Origin: the human T2T-CHM13v2.0 reference genome, Homo sapiens
Reading direction: 5' to 3' (one strand)
DNA: 64,000 bases
Assembly: GCF_009914755.1 (NCBI RefSeq)
Contig: NC_060933.1
Numbering within the stretch: the first letter of the stretch is position 1; every line of letters starts with the position of its first letter. Position numbers and translations under genes: made by a program. Below are positions 61,349 through 64,000 of the stretch, piece after piece. The notes beneath the pieces are model-generated. The model was given only the letters and a program-made list of their open reading frames with translations. It had not been told where the DNA came from and did not search any database.

Positions 61349-61711
61349 CGTTATGGTCTGAATGTTTGTGCCCCCCAAAATTCATATGTTGAAATCCTAA
61401 CTCCCAATGTGATGGTGTTAAGAGGTGGGGCCTTTGGGAGATACTTAAGTCATGAAGGTGGAGCCCTCGTGAAAGGGATTAGCGTCCTTACAAGGAGAGG
61501 CATGAGTGCTCTCTCACCCTCCTTCCACCATGTGAGGAGCAAATGAGAAGTTAGCAGTCTGCAACCAAAAGAGGGCTCTCACCAAAACCCAATCGTGCTG
61601 GCACCCTCATCTCAAACTTACAGACCCAGAACTTTGAGAAATAAAATTCTGTTGTTTATAAGCCATCCAGTCTACTGCACTTTATTATAGCAGTCCAAAG
61701 GGACTGAGGCA
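61349..61711 (+). mobile_element. MLT1A0 LTR
   Basis: TTATGGTCTGAATGTTTGTGCCCCCCAAAATTCATATGTTGAAATCCTAAC..; TSD GTGTG/GTGAG. Confidence 0.9.
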
Positions 61712-62310
61712 GTGAGGATCTCATGCCCCTAGAAAGCAGACAGATAGGAGATGAGGAGTTTTTCAATTCTTGTTTTAGACTCTGATGTACAAGCTGTCGC
61801 CTGCACACTCACTTAGCCAGGGGGTCATTCTGTAGTGCAGCAGTGCTTTTGGCACTCACTTAAAATAGCCTGTGAAAGTTTTGGGGGCTGTCACCAGAAA
61901 GCCACTAAGTAGAAAAGACTTTGGCTTCCACTGTCCATTTGGCTATCTGGGATTCTAGCTATGATCTGACAGAAAGCAGAAGTATTGACTCTCTTACCCG
62001 GAATGATGTGGTGAATTGTTCCGCCCCTCAATCACCCCAGGACTCTGCCAGCAATGCTGGGATCCTCCCAGATTCACACACTCACACTCTGGGACACAGA
62101 AAAGAGCAAATGTGCCCAAAGAATCAAGAAGGAATGAATTTTCTCACTGCTAACCTAGTCCAGTTAGTCCTAATTCTTAAGATAAAATGTTAATTTCTCT
62201 TTAATAGTTTTAGGATCAAGTAATTCTCACAGACATAAAAACTGGAAAGAACCTTGGATTTACTGCCTAGTTGGCCATTGTTTCTCCTTTAAGACCTCAG
62301 ATTCAAGTTT

Positions 62311-64000
62311 GAGGGGATCATGGCGGACGGGAGGCAGGACTAGATTGCAGCTCCAGGAAGAGCAGCATCTGGCGGCTTGCGTCATGAATTTTAGCTCCAG
62401 GTTGACTACAAGAACAAACCAGCAAACCCAAGAGAACCCACAGACCCTCTGAAAGAAGCAGAATGCTCCTGCAGGACCTGGGAGATACCCCAAGTACTGT
62501 GAGTGCCCCAGCTGCAGAAGTGGGAAAGGGAGACCTCCTCTCCTGAACACACACCCCTACTGGAGAAGCTGAAGGTATGTTTGCAGGAGAAACTTCCAAC
62601 TTTACCTGGATCTGAGTCAAGTTAGAGAGCTGAGTGAAACACAGGGGTACAGGAAGCAGCAGAAAGGCCCTGGGAGCTCACTGGATCTCCAAGCAGCCCA
62701 TTCCTGCCTGGCACCACAGGAATCCACCGGGAGGGTGGCCAGAGGAGGGGTGGGGGGTGAAACTCCACAGGGAGAAGGAATTCTGTAGCCAAACTTTGTA
62801 ACAATTTGTATGGGGCAAGAAGCCTCCTGGCCAGAAATCAGGGGAAGAACTAAAGCCCTTTTCTTTTTTTCTTTCGCAGCTGGAAGGCAGATTGCCTTGG
62901 GCAAGTTTTCAAGCCCCTCTCACCCTCCGCCTGGAAACGGATTCAGGGCTGTTGGTGGGGCACTGTGGGAGTGAGACTGGCCCTTTGCTTTGCGTGGGAG
63001 CTGGGTGGGGCCTGTGACTGCTGGCTTACCCCCACTTTCCTGACAACCTGCATGACACTGTAGAGGCAGCCATAATCATAGGTACACAACTCCAGTGACC
63101 TGGGAGTCTTACCCCCACCCCCCACGGCAGCTGCAGCAAGATTCGTCCAAAGAGAGTCTGAACTCACACACACCTAGCCCTACCCCCACTCGATGGTCCT
63201 TCTCTACCCACCCAGGTAGCAGAAGACAAAGAACACATAATCTTGGGAGTTCTAGGGCCCCTCCCACTGCTGATCCCCGCTCCACACTACTACAGCTGAT
63301 GCTCTCTGGAAAGTGCCACCTCCTGGCAGGAGGCCAACCAGCACAAAAATAGAGCATTAAACCACCAAAGCTAAGAACTCTCACGGAGTCCATTGCACCC
63401 CCTGCCACCTCCACCAGAACAGGTGCTGGCATCCATGACTGAGAGACCCATAGACGGTTCACATCACAGGACTCTGTGCAGACAGCCCCCAGTACCAGCC
63501 CAGAACCAGGTAGACTGGCTGGGTGGCTAGACCCAGAAGAGAGACAACAATCACTGCAGTTCGGCTCACAGGAAGCCACATCCATAGGAAAAAGGGGAGA
63601 GTACTACATTGAGGAATGTCCCATGGGACAGAAGAATCTGAACTACAGCCTTCAGCTCTAGACCTTCACTCTGACAGAGCCTACTCAAATGAGAAGGAAC
63701 CAGAAAACCAACCCTGGTAATATGACAAAGCAAGACTCTTCAACACCCGTAAAAAATCACACTAGTTCACCAGCAATGGATCCAAACCAAGAAAAAATTC
63801 CTGATTTACCTGAAAAAGAGTTCAGGAAATTAGTTATTAAGCTAATCAGGGAGGGACAAGAGAAAGGCGAAGCCCGGTGCAAGGAAATCCAAAACATGAT
63901 ACAAGAAGTAAAGGGAGAAATATTCAATGAAATAGATAGCTTAAAGAAAAAACAATCAAAAATTCAGGAGACTTTGGACACACTTTTAGAAATGTGAAAT
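62311..64000 (+). mobile_element. LINE-1 5' end (L1PB/L1PBa-type 5'UTR plus ORF1 start), runs beyond the window
   Basis: GAGGGGATCATGGCGGACGGGAGGCAGGACTAGATTGCAGCTCC start; ~1.38-kb GC-rich UTR followed by ORF1. Confidence 0.9.
63689..63997 (+). pseudogene. ORF1: L1 ORF1p N-terminus and coiled-coil start, with a premature TGA
   Basis: MRRNQKTNPGNMTKQ..HTSSPAMDPNQEKIPDLPEKEFRKLVIKLI matches L1PB-type ORF1; it stops at codon 103, whereas ORF1p is ~340 aa. Confidence 0.9.

Noticed and set aside
63109-63585. 158-aa antisense ORF in the L1 5'UTR (ORF0 analogue?)
   Set aside because: ORF0 belongs to the younger L1PA-type 5'UTR; this UTR type differs and GC-rich DNA readily gives open frames

Overview
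Primate (most likely human) genomic DNA. It is non-coding gene-desert or large-intron sequence; the locus could not be identified. I see no intact protein-coding gene, tRNA, rRNA or CRISPR array, and most of the ORF track is chance ORFs or translated repeats. Interspersed repeats dominate: 3 Alus with TSDs, a MER52 solo LTR, THE1A and THE1B solo LTRs, many MLT1/LTR16/LTR33 LTRs, MIR and L2 relics, L1M fragments, the DNA transposons MADE1, MER63A, Tigger2a, MER102, MER5A and MER58A, and the 5' end (5'UTR plus disrupted ORF1) of an L1PB-type LINE-1 that runs off the right edge. Repeat family names come from my memory of consensus sequences, not from a RepeatMasker run. The best non-repeat leads are: (i) two minus-strand stretches with strong coding-type codon bias but in-frame stops (~4.28-4.64 kb and ~56.7-57.3 kb), candidate fossil exons or an unannotated pseudogene; (ii) an old ~500-bp direct duplication 2.47 kb apart with perfectly matching end blocks; (iii) repeat-free, homeodomain-motif-rich blocks at ~36.4-37.2 kb and ~46.7-46.9 kb that look like developmental enhancers; (iv) three hAT-Charlie elements stacked at shared NTCTAGAN target sites. 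I found no convincing novel biological system; the leads are hypotheses.
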